DNA of 64,000 nt from the NCBI RefSeq assembly GCF_009914755.1, contig NC_060945.1; one strand, given 5' to 3'. The stretch comes from the human T2T-CHM13v2.0 reference genome, Homo sapiens. The translations under genes were made by a program, and so were the position numbers. A model generated the notes under the pieces. The model did not search any database and had not been told where the DNA came from. It saw only the letters and a program-made list of their open reading frames with translations. Of this stretch, positions 29,843 to 49,224 are shown piece after piece; the first letter of the stretch is position 1, and each line of letters begins with the position of its first letter.

Positions 29843-32800
29843 TTTACTCAAAGCCTGGAGAATAGTTACATCTCCTGGATGATCAGTTCAGAAATATGTC
29901 ACAATGCCCACTCCCTGCGGAGCCTAGAGAAGATTTGCATCATTTGGGTGATCAGTGCAGAGATATATCACAATGTCCCCTGTACAAAAAGCCTGGAAAT
30001 GATTTACATCACCTCGGTGATCAGTGCATAGGTATGTCAGAAATCCCCAGTAGGCTGAACCTAGACAAGGGTTACATTACTTAGGTGATCAGTGTAGAGA
30101 TATGTGAAAATTCCCGTGTAGATATTTGACACAATGCCCCCGTAGACAGAGCCTAGACAAGACTTCCATTACCTGGGTGATCAGTTCAGATATATGTCAC
30201 AAATCCCCCTCTAGTCAGAGTATAGAGAAGAGTCCCATCACCTGGGTGATCAGTGAAGAGATATTTCACCATGCCCCCTGTAGGCAGAGAGTGGACAAGA
30301 GTTACATAACCTAGGTGATCTGTGCAGAGCTATGTCAAAATGCCCCTGTAGGCAGATCCTAGGTAAATGTTACATCACATTGTTGATCAGTGCAGAGATA
30401 CGTCTCAATACACCTTGTAGGTGGAGCCTAGACAAGAGTTACATCACCTGTGTGATAGGTGCAGAGATATGTCACAATACCCCCTGTAGGTGGAGCCTAG
30501 AGAAGAGTTACCTCACCTGGGTGATCAGTGCAGAAATATGTCACAAAGCCCCTGTAGGCCAAACCTAGACAAGCGTTACATCTCCTGGGTGATCAGTGCA
30601 AAGATATGTCACAAAGCCCCCTGTAGACAAATCCCAGAAAATTGTTACATCACCTGAATGATCAGTGGAGATATCTGTTCCATTTCCCCTTTAGGCGCAG
30701 TTTAGACAAGCGTTACATCACATGAGTAATCAGTGCAGAGATATGTCACTATGACCCCATAGGCAGATAAAAGACAAGAGTCTATCACCTGGGTGGTCAG
30801 TGCAGAAATATGCCACAATGCCGCCTGTAGGCCGATATAGACAAGAGTTACATCACCTGCGTGATCACTGCAGAGATATGTCACAATGCCCCTGTAGGCA
30901 GAGCCTAGACAAGGGTCCCATCACCTGGGTGATCAGTGCAGAGTTATGTCACAATGCCCCCTTTTGTCAGAGCCTACACAAGGGTTACATCACGTGGGTG
31001 ATCAGTGCAGATGTGTGTCACACGCCCCCTGTAGCCAGACCCTAGACAAGAGTTACATCAGCTGTGTAATCAGCGCAGTGACATGTCACAATGTCCCTGT
31101 AGCCAAATCCTTGAGAAATATGACATCACCTGGTTGATCAATGCGGAGATATGTCACAATGTCTCCAGTAGGCAGAGCCTAGACAAGAGTTGCATCACCT
31201 CGGTGATCAGTGCACAGATATGTCTCAATGCCCCCTGTCGTCAAAGCCTATACAAGAGTTACATCATCTCTGTGATCAGTGCAGTGATATGTTAAAATGC
31301 CCCTGTAGGCAGAGCCTAGACAAGAGTTACATCACCTGAGTGATCAGTGCAGAGATATGTCATAAATCCCACTGTAGGCAAAGCCTTGACAAGTTTTACA
31401 TCACCTCAGCGATTAGTGCAGATATATGTCCCAATGTCCCTCTGGGCAGAGCTTAGAAAAGAGTCACACCTCCTGGGTGATCAGTGCAGAGATAAGGCAC
31501 AATGCCCCCTTAGGCAGAGCCTAGACAAGAGTTACATAACCCGGGTGATCCGTGCAGAGTGATGTCACAACTCCCTCTGTAGGCAGAGACTAGAAAAGAG
31601 TTACATCACCTGGGTAAGCAGTGCAGAGGTATGTCACAATGCTCCCTGTAGGCATAGCATAGAGAAGAGTTGCATCACCTGGGTGATCAGTGCAGAGAGA
31701 TGTCACAATGTGCCCTGTAGTCAGAGCATAGAGAACAGTTGCATCACCTGTGTGATCCGTGCAGAAATATGTCACAAAGCCCCCATACACAGAGCCTAGA
31801 CAAGAGTCCCATCACCTGGGTGATCAGTGCACAAATATGTCACAATGCCCCAATAGGCAGATCCAACACAAGAGTTACATCACCTGGGTGATCAGTGTAG
31901 AGATATGTCACAATGCCCCCATAGGCAGAGCCTAGACAAAAGTTCCATCACCTGGTTGATCAATGCAGAGATATGTCATAAAGCCCCTTTAGGCAGAGCC
32001 TAGACAAGAGTTACATAACCAGGGTGATCCGTGCAGAGATATTTCACAATACCCCCTGTAGGGTGATCCAAGACAAGAGTTGAATCACCTGGGTGGTCAG
32101 TGCAGAGATATTTCACAATGCCCCCTTTGGGCAGAGGGTAGACAAGAGTTACATCACCTAGGTGATCAGTGCTGAGATTTGTCAAAATACCCTGTAGGCA
32201 GTGCTTATAAAAGTGTTATATCACCTAAGTGGGCAGTGCAAAGATATGTCACAAAGCTGCTGTAGGCAGAACTTAGATAAGTTACATCACCTGGGTGATC
32301 AGTGCAAAGGTATGTCACAAAGCCCCCTGTAGGCAAAGCCTAGACAATAGTTACTGAACTTGGGTGATCAGAGGCGAGATCTCTCACAGTTCCCCTGTAG
32401 GCAGAGCTTATACAACAGTTACATCACCTGGGTGATCAGTGTAGAGATATGTCACAATGCCCCCATAGGCAGATCCAAGAGAAGAGTCCGTCACCTGGAT
32501 GATCAGTGCAGAAATATGTCACAATGCCACCTTAGGCAGAGCCTAGACAAAAACCTCATCACCTGTATGATCAGTGCAGCGTTATGTCACAAAGTCCCTT
32601 TAGGCAGATCCTAGACAAGTGTTACATCACCTGGATGATCAGTGCAGAAATATGTCACAATGCCACTGCAGGCAGAGTCTAGACAAGTGTTACATGACCT
32701 AGTTGATCAGTGCAGAGATACATCACAATGCCCCTGTAGGCAGATCTTTGACAAGTGGTACATCACCCGGGTGATCATTGCAGGGATGTGTCACAAAGCA

Positions 32801-35800
32801 CATTGTAGGGAGATCCTACAAAAGAGTTACATCACCTGGGTGATCAGTGCAGAGATATGTCACAATGCCACTGTAGGCAGAGCCTAGACAAGATTTACAT
32901 TACCTAAGTGATCAGTGCAGAGATACATCGCAATGCCCCTGTAGGCAGAGCCTTGACAAGCGGTATATCACCTGGGTGATCAGTGCAGAGATATGTCACA
33001 ATGCCGTGTAGCCAAAGCCTAGACTAAAATTACAGCACCTGGGAGATCAGTGCAGAGGTATGTGACAATGTCCCCAGTAGGCAGAGACCAGGCAAGAGTT
33101 GGATCACCTCGGGATCAGTGCAGAGATATGTCTCAATCACCGTCTGGGCACAGCCTAGACAAGAGTTACATCACCTCGGTTAACAGTGCAGAGATATGTC
33201 AAAACGCCCCTGTAGGCAGAGCCTACACAATTGTTACATCACTTAGGTGATAAGTGCATAGATATGTCACAATATGCCCTGTAAGCAGAGCCTAGACAAG
33301 AGTTACATAACCTGGGTGATCAGTGCAGAGATATGTGACAAGGCCCCTTTAAGCAGAGCATAGACAATACTTACATCACCTGAGTGATCAGTGCACAGAT
33401 CTATCAAAATGCCCCTTTAGGCAGAGCTTAGACCAGAGTTACATCACCTGGGTGATCAGTGCAGAGAGATGTCACAATGCCCCCATAGGCAAATCCAAGA
33501 CAAGACTCCGTCACCTGGGTGATCAGTGCAGAAATATGTGACAATGACCCCAGCAGGCAGAGCCTATAGAAGAATCCCATCACCTGGGTGATCAGTGCAG
33601 AGATATTTCACAATGCGCCTGCAGGCAGAGCATAAGCAAGAGTTACATCACCAAAAGATCAGTGCAGAGATATGTCACAAGCCCCCCAATAGGCAGAGCC
33701 TGGACAAGAGTTACATCACCTTCGTGATCAATGCAGTGATATGTCACTATGCCCCGTAGGCAGTGCCTAGTCAAGCGTTACATCACCTGGGTGATCAGTA
33801 CAGAGATATGTCACAAAGCCCCCAAACACAGAGCCTAGACAAGAGTCCCATCACCTTGGTGATCAGTGAAGAAATATGTCACAATGCCCCCATAGGCAGA
33901 TACAACACAAGAGTTACATCACCTGGATGATCCGTGTAGAGATATGTCACAATGCCCACATAGGCAGGGCCTAGACAAAAGTCCCATCACCTGGGTGATC
34001 CGTGCAGAGTGATGTCACAACGCCCTCTGTAGGCAGAGACTAGAAAATTGTTGCATCACCTAGGTGATCAGTGCAGAGATATGTTTAAATGCCCCCTGTC
34101 GGTGAAGCCTATACAAGAGTTACATCATCTCGGTGATCAGTGCAGTGATATGTTAAAATGCCCCTGTAGGCTAGGCAAGAGTTACATCACCAGGGTTATC
34201 AGTGCAGAGATATCTACAATACGCCCTGTAAGCAGAGCCTAGACAAGTGTTACATCAGCTGGTGATCAGTGCAGAGATATGTCATAAATCCCACTGTAGG
34301 CAAAGCCTATACAAGTTTTCCATCACCTCAGCGATCAGTGCAGAGATATGTCCCAATGCCCCTCTAGGCAGAGCATAGACAAGAGTTACATAACCCGGGT
34401 GATCCGTGCAGAATGATGTCACAACGACCTCTGTAGACAGAGACTAGAAAAGAGTTACATCACCTGGGTGATCAGTGCAGAGATATGTCACAATGCCCCC
34501 TGTAGGCAGAGCATAGAGAAGAGTTGCATCACCTGGGTGATCAGTGCAGAGATATGTCACAATATCCCCTATAGGCAAAGCCTAGGCAAGAGTTACATCA
34601 CCTTTGTCATTCATTCAGTGATATGTGAAAATGCCCCAGTAGGCAGAGCCTAGACAAGAGTTACATCACCTAGTTGATCAGTGCAAAGATATTTCACAAT
34701 ACCTAAATTCCCTGTAGGCTGTGCTTATAAAAGTGTTACATCACATAAGAGATCAGTGCAGAGATATGTCACAAAGCTCCTGCAGGCAGAACTTAGATGA
34801 GTTACACAACCTGTGTGATCAGTGCAAAGGTATGTCACAAAGCCCCCTGTATTCAAAGCCTAGACTATCGTTACATCACTTGGGTGATCAGTGGCGAGAT
34901 CTCTCACAATTCCCCTGTAGGCAGAGCTTATACAACTGTTACATCACCTGGGTGATCAGTGCAGGGATATGTCCCAATGCCCCAATAGGCAGATCCAAGA
35001 CAAGAGTCCATCACCTGGGTGATCAGTGCAAAGGTATGTCACAAAGCCCCCTGTAGGAAAAGCCTAGACAATAGTTACATAACTTGGGTGATCAGTGGCA
35101 AGATCTCTCACAATTCCCCTGTAGGCAGAGCTTATACAACAGTTACATCACCTGGGTGATCAGTGCAGAGATATTTCACAATACCCCTGCAGGCAGAGCG
35201 TAAGCAAGTGTTACATCACCTAGGTGATCAGTGTAGAAATATGTCACAAGGCCCCCTATGGGCAGAGACTGGAGAAGAATTACATCACCTCGGTGATCAA
35301 TGCAGTGATATATCACTATGCCCCGTAGGCAGAGCCTAGTCAAGCATTACATCACCTGGGAGATCAGTGCAGAGATATTTCACAATACCCCCCGTAGGCA
35401 GATCCTAGACAAGAGTTGAATCACCTGGTTGATCAGTGCAGAGATATATCACAATGCCCCCTTTGGGCCGAGGGGAGACAAGAGTTACATCACCTAGGTG
35501 ATCAGTGCAGAGATTTGTCAAAATTCCCTGTAGGCAGTGCTTATAAAAGTGTTACATCACCTAAGTGATCAGTGCAGAGTTATGTCACAAAGCTCCTGTA
35601 GGCAGAACTTAGATGAGTTACGTCACCTCTGTGATTAGTGCTATGGTATGTCACAAAGCCCCCTTTAGGCAAAGCCTAGACAAGAGTTACATCACTTGGG
35701 TGATCAGTGGCAGGATCTCTCACAATTCCCCTGTCGGCAGAGCTTATACAACATTTACATCACCTGGGTGATCAGTGCAGACATACGTCCCGATGCCCCC

Positions 35801-36807
35801 ATAGGCAGATCCAAGACAAGAGTCCGTCACCTTGGTGATCATTGCAGAAATATGTCACAATGCCCCCTTAGGCAGAGCCTAGACAAAAGCCCCATCACCT
35901 GGATGATCAGTGCAGATTTATGTCACAAAGTCCCTCTAGGTAGATCCTAAACAAGAGTTACATCACCTGGGTGATCAGTGCAGACATATGTCACACTGCC
36001 TCTGTAGGCAGCGCCTAGACAAGTGTTACATGACCTAGGTGATCAGTGCAGAGATACATCGCAATGACCCTGTAGGCAGAACCTTCACAAGTGGTATATC
36101 AGGTGGGTGATCATTGCAGGTATATGTCACAAGGCACCCTGTAGGCCGATCCTAGAGAAGAGTTATATCACCTGGGTAATCAGTGCAGAGATATGTCACA
36201 AGCCCCCTGTAGGCAGAGCCTAGTCAAGAGTTATATCTCCTGGGTGATCAGTGCAGTTATATGTCACGATGTCGTGTAGCCAGAGCCTAGACTAAAGTTA
36301 CAGCACCTTGGAGAACATTGCAGATATATTTCGCAATGCCCCTGCAGGCAGACCGTAAGGAAGAGTTACATCACCTAGATGATCAGTGCAGAGATATGTC
36401 ACAAGGCCCCCTATAGGCAGAGCCTGGACAAGAGTTGCATCATCTCGGTGATCAATGTAGTGATATGTCACTATGCCCTGTAGGCAGAGCCTAGTCAAGC
36501 GTTACATCACCAGGGTGATCAGTGCAGAGATATGTCACAAAGCCCCCATAAACAGAGGCTACACAAGTGCCCCATCACTTTGGTGATCAGTGCAGAAATA
36601 TGTCACAATGCCCCCACAGGCACACCCAAGAGAAGAGTTACATCACCTGGGTGATCAGTGTAGAGATATTTCACAATTCCCCCTTAGGCAGAGCTTAGAC
36701 AAAAGTCCCATCACCTGGGTGATAAAAGCAGAGATATGTCACAAACCCCCTGTAGGCAGAGCCTAAACAAGAGTTACTTCAGTTTGTTGATCAGTTCAGA
36801 GATGTGT
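29843..36807 (+). repeat. Beta satellite block 4 (opposite orientation to blocks 1-3)
   Basis: Monomers GATCAGTGCAGAGATATGTCACAATGCCCCTGTAGGCAGAGCCTAGACAAGAGTTACATCACCTGGGT. Confidence 0.97.
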
Positions 36808-37409
36808 CATGCTGACTGTTTGTTCCCATAGCTCTGTGGGCACCCGGAAACATGCAGGGAATGGTAGAAGTCCGGCATGGTGGCTTCGCTCTCCTTGCCC
36901 GTTTCCTAACCGCCCACACTGCAGACTCCCCATGTTGCCGCACACGGGAATCCATAGTCATGCCATCACGCCTGGGAGGCATCTTGTCTCTGGGGTCTGG
37001 CTCTGGTCTCCTATGTGGAAATGAACGAGAGCCACAAGCTTGCTTGTGTGAGACTGTCCCGGCAACGGCGACACCCACGGGCACTGCCTCCTTCTCGGAG
37101 AGAGGGCCTGAAACTCTCAAGACTCCCACGGAGGTTCAGTTCCACACTTCCCTCCACCCTCCCAGGCTGGTTTCTCCCTGCTGAAGACGTGTGGGAGCCC
37201 AGATAGCGTCTTCCAGTTCCCGCGGGATTCCTGGAGAGGTCCGGAGAGCCAGCCCCCGAAAAGCTCCCCCCACCCCTTCCCCCTCGCCCCTTTCCTCTTC
37301 ATCCCTCCTGCCCCACCACCACCAGCACCATGCCCTCCCCCTCAACCCACCACCCCCCAGCCACAGGCCTCGATGCCCTGGGACCCTTCCGGGGCAGGCT
37401 GTCCCAGGG

Positions 37410-37461
37410 CTCACCGCCATTCATGAAGTGGTGGAGCCTGCCTGCCTGAGGGCCTTTATAA
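37410..37461 (+). promoter_or_regulatory. D4Z4-binding element plus TATAA box, copy 4
   Basis: CTCACCGCCATTCATGAAGTGGTGGAGCCTGCCTGCCTGAGGGCCTTTATAA. Confidence 0.7.
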
Positions 37462-37597
37462 GAGCCGCTGGCTGGCTGTCCGGTCAGGCCTCCTGGCTGC
37501 ACCTGCTGCAGTGCACAGGCCGACTGAGGTTCACCGGATGCCTCCAGCCTCTCTCTGACCGTGTGCATCTGTGAAATTCTGGCTGGGGCTCCCCGCC

Positions 37598-38854
<1,257 letters not shown>

Positions 38855-39558
38855 GACTTGGGGTGGCGACGGGGTCGGATCGGGGCAGGGCGGTGGTCTC
38901 TCTTTCGTGGGGAACACCTGGCTGGCTATGGAGGGGCGTGTCTTCCCCCCTCCCCCTCCACCGGGCTGACCGGCCTTTGATTCCTGCCTTCTAGGTCTAG
39001 GCCCGGTGAGAGGCTCCACAAAGCAAAGAACTGCCATTCTTTCCTGGGCATCAGGGGGATCCCAGAGCCGGCCCAGGTACCAGCAGTTGGGTCGCCTACT
39101 GTGCACGCGCGGGTTTGCTGGCAGCTGACTGGGCTGTGGGAGCAGCCCGTGCAGAGCTCTCATGCCTTTCCACCACCCCACCCCCGCCTGACCACCTCCT
39201 CCCCACCCCCACACCCCACCCCCGGAAAATGCATCCTCCCCTGGGCTGAGTGGATACCCCCGTCCCGCAAAACACCGGGACCGCGCAGCGTCCAGACCTG
39301 ACACCCCTCCGGTGGCTCGCTTCCTCTGAACCTTCGCGCCACTGTCGCCGGACCGCCCGTGACCCTGAAGCCTCCCAGCTGCCACCATGGAGCGCCTGGT
39401 GGCGGAACGCAGACTTCTAGCTCTCTTTTCCGGTCTCCTGGCTAGACTTGCGCTCATTGCACACCCTGGGTGACGTGCAAGGGAGCCCGCTGGCCTTTCT
39501 ATGCCCTTGTCCATCCCGACAATTCCAGCTGAGGCTCTCCAAACACCTTCCGACGCTC

Positions 39559-42500
39559 TTTAGTCAAAGCCTGGAGAATAGTTACATCTCCTGGATGATC
39601 AGTTCAGAAATGTGTCACAATGCCCCTTCCTGCGGAGACTAGAGAAGATTTGCATCATTTGAGTGATCAGTGTAGAGATATATCACAATGTCCTCTGTAT
39701 AAAAAGCCTGGAAATGATTTACATCACCTCGGAGATCAGTGCATAGGTATGTCAGAAATCCCCAGTAGGCTGAACCTAGACAAGGGTTACATCACTTAGG
39801 TGATCAGGGTAGAGATACCTGAAAATTCCCGTGTAGACAGAGCCTAGACAAGTGTTACATCACCTAGTGATCAGTGCAGGGATAAGTTGTAAAGCCTCCT
39901 GTAGGCAGAGTGTAGACAAGTGTTTCCTCTCTGGGGTGATCAGTGCAGAGTTATGTCACAAAGCCCCTTTAAGCAGAACCTCGACAAGGGTTACATCACC
40001 TGTTTGATCAGTGGAAATGTATATCACAAAGCCCCCGTAGGCAAAGCCCAGACAATTGTTACATCACCTGGGTGAGCAGTGGAGAGATCTGTCACAATGA
40101 TTCTGTCGGCAGAACTTAGACAAGGGTTACATCACCTGGGTGATCAGTGCAGAGATATGTCAAAACGCTACTGTAGGCTGAACCTAGGAATGAGTTACAC
40201 CAACTGGGTGATCAGTGCAGAGATATGTGAGAATTCCCGTGTAGGCAGAGTCTAGACAAGTGTTACATCACCTAGGTTATCAGTGCAGGTATAAGTCATA
40301 AAGCCTCCTGTAGGCAGAGCGTAGACAAGAGTTCCCTCCCCAGGATAATCAGTGCAGAGATGTGTCACAAAGCCCCTGTAGGCAGAGCCTAGACAAGAGT
40401 TACATGACCTAGGTGATCAGTGCAGAGACACATCGCAATGTCCCTGTAGGCAGAACCTTGACAAGTGGTACATCACCTGGGTGATCATTGCAGGGATATG
40501 TCACAAAGCACCTTGTAGGCAGACCACAGAGAAAAGTTATATCACCTGGGTGATCAGTGCAGAGATATGTAAAAAGCCCCCTGTAGGCAGAGCATAGACA
40601 AGAGTTACATCACCTGGGTGATCAGTGCAGAGATTTGACACAATGCCCCCATAGACAGAGCCTTGACAAGACTTCCATTACCTGGGTGATCTGTGTAGAG
40701 ATATGTCACAAATCCCCCTCCAGGCAGAGTATAGAGTAGAGTCCCATCACCTGGGTGATCAGTGCAGAGATATTTCACAATGCCCCTTGTACGCAGAGAG
40801 TGGACAAGAGTTACATAACCTAGGTGATCTGTGCAGAGCTATGTCAAAACGCCCCTGTAGGCAGAGGCTAGATAAATGTTACATCACCTGGGTGATCAGT
40901 GCAGAGATACGTCACAATACCCCATGTAGGTGGAGCCCAGACAAGAGTTACATCACCTGGGTGATCAGTGCAGAGATACGTCACAATAACCCCTGTAGGT
41001 GGAGCCTAGACATTAGTTACATCACCTGGGTGATCAGTGCAGAGATATGTAACAAAGCCCCTGTAGGCAGAGCCTAAACAAGAGTTACATCACCAGGGCG
41101 ATCAATTTAGAAATATGTCACAAAGCCCCGTAGGCCGAGCCTAGACAAGACTTACATCTCCTGGGTGATCAGTGCAAAGATATGTCACAAAGCCAACTGT
41201 AGACAAATCCCATAAAATTGTTACATCACCTGAGTGATCAGTGGAGATATCTGTCACAATTCCCCTTTAGGCGAAGCTTAGAAACACGTTACATCACATG
41301 AGTGATCAGTGCAGAGATATGTCACTATGCCCCCATAGGCAGATCCAAGACAAGAGTCCATCACCTGGGTGATCAGTGCAGAAATAAGCCACAATACCGC
41401 CAGTAGGCAGATATAGACAAGAGTTACATCACCTGCGTGATCACTGCAGAGATAAGTCACAATGCCCCTGTAGGAAGAGCCTAGAGAAGAGTCCCATCAT
41501 CTGGGTGATCAGTGCAGAGTTATGTCTCAATGCCCCCTTTTGGCAGAGCCTAGACAAGCGTTACATCACCAGGGTGATCAGTGCAGGGAAGTGTCACAAG
41601 CCCCCAGTAGCCAGAGCCTAGACAAGAGTTATATCAGCTTTGTGATCAGTGCAGTGACATGTCACAATGTCCATGTAGCCATATCATTGAGAAAAGTGAC
41701 ATCACCTTGGTGATCAGTGTGGAGATATGTCACAATGTCTCCAGTAGTCAGAGCCTAGACAAGAGTTACATCACCTGGATGATCAGGGCAGAGACATGTC
41801 ACAATGCCCCCTGTAAGCAGATCCCAGACAAGAGTTGCATCACCTCGGTGATCAGTGGAGAGATACGTCTCAATGCCCCCTGTCAGCGAAGCCTATACAA
41901 GAGTTACATCATCTCGGTGATCAGTGCAGTGATATGTGAAAATGCCCCTGTAGGCAGAGCCTAGACAAGAGTTACATCACCTGGGTGATCAGTGCAGAGA
42001 TATCTCATGGTACCCCCTGTAAGCAGAGCCTAGACAAGAGTTACATCACCTGGGTGATCAGTGCAGAGATATGTCATAAAATCCACTGTAGGCAAAGCCT
42101 AGACAAGTTTTACATCACCTCAGCGATCAGTGCAGAGATATGTCCCAATGTGCCTCTAGGCAGAGCTTAGAGAAGAGTCACATCTCCTGGGTGATCAGTG
42201 CGGAGATAAGTCACAATGCCCCCGTAGGCTGAGCCTAGACAAGAGTTACATAACCCGGTTGATCCGTGCAGAGATAAGTCCCAATGCTCCCATAGTCAGA
42301 GCCTAGAAAAGTGTTACATAACCCAGGTGATCCGTGCAGAGTGATGTCACACCGCCCTCTGTAGGTAGAGACTAGAAAAGAGTTACATCATCTGGGTGAT
42401 CAGTGCAGAGATATGTCGCAATGCCCACTGTAGGCAGATCATAGAGAAGAGTTGCATCACCTGGGTGATCAGTGCAGAAATATGTCACAATGCCCTCTTT

Positions 42501-43915
42501 GGCAGAGCCTAGACAAAAGCCCCAACACCTGGATGATCAGTGCAGAGTTATGTCACAATGCCACTGTAGGCAGAGCTGAGACAAGCGTTACATGACCTAG
42601 ATGATCAGTGCAGAGATACATCGCAATGCCCCTGCAGGCAGAGCCTTGAGAAGTGGTATATCACCTGGGTGATCATTGCAGGGATATGTCACAAAGCACC
42701 CTGTAGGCAGATCCTAGAGGAGAGTTATATCACCTGGGTGATCAGTGCAGATATATGTCACAAGCCCCCTGTAGGCAGAGCCTAGACAAGAGTTATATCA
42801 CCTGGGTGATCAGTGCAGTGATATGTCACAATGCCGTGTAGCCAGAGCCTAGACTAAACTTACAGCACCTGGGAGATCAGTGCAGAGATATGTCACAATG
42901 TCCCCAGTAGGCAGAGACCAGGCAAGAGTTGGATCACCTCGGCATCAGTGCAGAGATATGTCTCAATCCCCGTGTGGGCATAGCCTAGACAAGAGTTACA
43001 TCACCTCGGTTAACAGTGCAGAGATATGTCAAAATGCCCCTGTAGGCAGAGCCTACACAACTGTTACATCACTGAGGTTATCAGTGCAGATATATGTCAC
43101 AATACCCCCTGTAAGCAGAGCCTAGACAAGAGATACATCACCTGGGTGATCAGTGCAGAGATATGTGACAAGGCCCCTTTTAACAGAGCCTAGACAATAG
43201 TTACATCACCTGAGTGGTCAGTAAATAGATCTGTCACAATGCCCCTTTAGGCAGAGCTTAGACCAGAGTTACATCAGCTGGGTGATCAGTGAAGAGATAT
43301 GTCAGAATGCCCCCATAGGCTCATCCAAGACAAGATTCCTTCACCTGGGTGATCAGTGCAGAAATATATGACAATGCCCCCAGTAGGCAGAGCCTAGAGA
43401 AGAGTCCCATCACCTGGATGATCAGTGTAGAGATATTTCACAATGCCCCTGCAGGCAGAGCGTAAGCAAGTGTTACATCACCTAGATGATCAAGTGCAGA
43501 GATATGTCACAAGGCCCCCTATAGGCAGAGCCTGGACAAGAGTTACAACACCTCGAAGATCAATGCAGTGATATGTCACTATGCCCCGAAGGCAGAGCCT
43601 AGTCAAGCGTTGCATCACCTGGTTGATCAGTGCAGAGATATGTCACAAAGCCCCCATACACAGAGCCTAGACAAGAGTCCCATCACCTGGGTGATCAGTG
43701 CAGATATATGTCACAATGCCCTCATAGGCTGATCCAACACAAGAGTTACATCACCTGGGTGATCAGTGTAGGGACATGTCAAAATGTCCCCATAGGCAGA
43801 GCCTAGACAAAAGACCCATCACCTGGGTGATCAGTGCAGAGATGTGTCACAAAGCCCCTGTAGGCAGAGCATAGACAAGAGTTACATCTCTTTGTTGATC
43901 AGTTCAGAGATGTGC
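39559..43915 (+). repeat. Beta satellite block 5
   Basis: Tandem 68-bp monomers. Confidence 0.97.
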
Positions 43916-44542
43916 CATGCTGACTGTTTGCTCCTGGAGCTCTGCGGGCACCCAGAAACATGCAGGGAAGGGTGGAAGACTGACATGTTGCCTTCGCTCT
44001 CATTGCCAGGTTCCAAACCGGCCACACTGCAGACTCCCCATGTTTCTGCACACAGGAATCCATCGTCAGGCCATCACGCCGGGGAGGCATCTTCTCTCTG
44101 TGGTCTTGCTCTGGTCTCCTACGTGGAAGTAAACGAGAGCCACACGCCTGCGCGTGTGAGACTGTCCCAGCAACGGCGACACCCACAGGCACTGCCTCCT
44201 TCACGGAGACAGGGCCTGGAACTCTCAAGACTCCCACGGAGGTTCAGTTCCACACTCCCCTCCACCCTCCCAGGCCGGTTTCTCCCTGCTGAAGATGCGT
44301 GGGAGCCCAGAGAGCGGCTTCCAGTTCCTGCGGGATTCCTGGAGAGGTTCGGAGAGCCAGCCCCCGAAACGCACCCCCCTCACCTCTCCCCCCTCGCCCC
44401 CTTCCTCTTCGTCTCTCCGGCCCCACCACCACCATCACCACGCCCTCCCACCCCACCCCACCACCCCACGGCCGCAGGCCTGGACGCCCTGGGACACTTC
44501 CGGAGTGGTGCGGGCTGTCCCAGGCCTCACCGCCATTCATGA

Positions 44543-45981
<1,439 letters not shown>

Positions 45982-47537
45982 GACGCGGGGTTGGGACGGG
46001 GTCGGGTCGGGGCAGGGCGGTGGCCTCTCTTTCACGGGGAACACCTGGCTGGCTATGGAGGGGCGAGTCTTCACCCCACACCCTCCACCAGGCTGACCGG
46101 CTTGGGATTCCTGCCTTCTAGGTCTAGGTCTGGTGAGAGGCTCCACAGAGCGTAGAACTGCCATTCTTTCCTGGGCATCCTGTGGATCCCACAGCCGGCC
46201 CGGGTACCAGCAGGTGGGCCGCGTACTGCGCACGCGCTGGTTTGCGGGCAGGCCCCTGGGCTGTGGGAACACCCCGGGCAGAGCTCTCATGCCTTTCCAC
46301 CACCCCACCCTCGCCATACCACCACCTTCCAACCCCCACCCCCCTCCCCCGGAAAATGCGTCCTCCCCTGGGCTGGGTGGAGACCCCCGTCCCGTGAAAC
46401 ACCGGGCACGCGCAGCATCCAGGCTTGACACCCTTCTGGCGGCTCGTCTCCTCTGCGCCTCTGTGCCACTATCGCTGGCCCGCCCGTGCCCTTGCAGCCT
46501 CCCAGCTACCACCTTGGAGCGCCTGGCAGCGGAATGCAGACCCAAGGCCTGGCACACACCGGGGACGCTGAGCGTTTCAGGTGGGAGGGAAGGCGGGCAG
46601 AGATGGAGAGAGGAACCAGAGACCTAAAGGGGCAGAAGGATGGGCGGAGGGAATTTAGCAGGGGGGAAAGGAGGGAAGGAGGGAGGGAGGGAAGCAGGGA
46701 GGAACGAAGGGAAAGAAAGAGAGACGCAGTGACTGGGTGCGGGCGGGAGGGAGCCAGGGAGAGAGGGAGGAAGGCAGAGAAGAAAAGTGGTCTTCGGCCT
46801 CTCGGAGGAACGGGACCCCCGCCCTCCGGGAAAATGGTAAGCATCCGGCACAAGCTGAGGGCTCAGGAAACAGCCGCCGCGTCTGCCGGCGGAGCAGTCA
46901 TTCGCTCCGTTTCCGTGGCCCAGGGAATGGGCAGTTTCCTCTGAGACAAAAGACCGGGACTCGGGTTGGCATCGGGTTTTCACCGGCATGGATCACAGAC
47001 CGCACATCCCCAGGCTGAGCCCCACAATGGAGCACGAGGCCGACAGCCCCGACCGCGGAGGAGCCACACTTGGGACGAAGGAGGCGTGATGTTGGTTTCC
47101 GCGTGGCTTTGCCCTCTGCAAGGCGGCTTGTTGCTCACTTCTCTCCGGCCCCCGAAAAGTTGGCCATGCTGTTTGCTCCCGGAGATCTGCGGGCACCCGG
47201 AAACATGCAGGGAAGGGTGGTAGACTGGCATGGTGCCTTCGCTCTCCTTGCCAGTTTCCAAACCGGCCACACTGCAGACTCCCCATGTTGCTGCACACAG
47301 GAATCTATCGTCAGGCCATCACGCTTGGGAGGCATCTTCTCTCTGGGGTCTCACTCTGGTCTCCTATGTGGAAATGAATGAGAGCCACACGCCTGCGTGG
47401 GTGAGACTTTCCCGGCAACGGCGACACCCACAGGCACTGCCTCCTTCACGGAGAGAGGGCCTGGAACACTCAAGACTCAAAGGGAGGTTCAGTTCCACAC
47501 TCTCCTCTACCCTCCCAGTCCGGTTTCTCCCTGCTGA

Positions 47538-49224
<1,687 letters not shown>

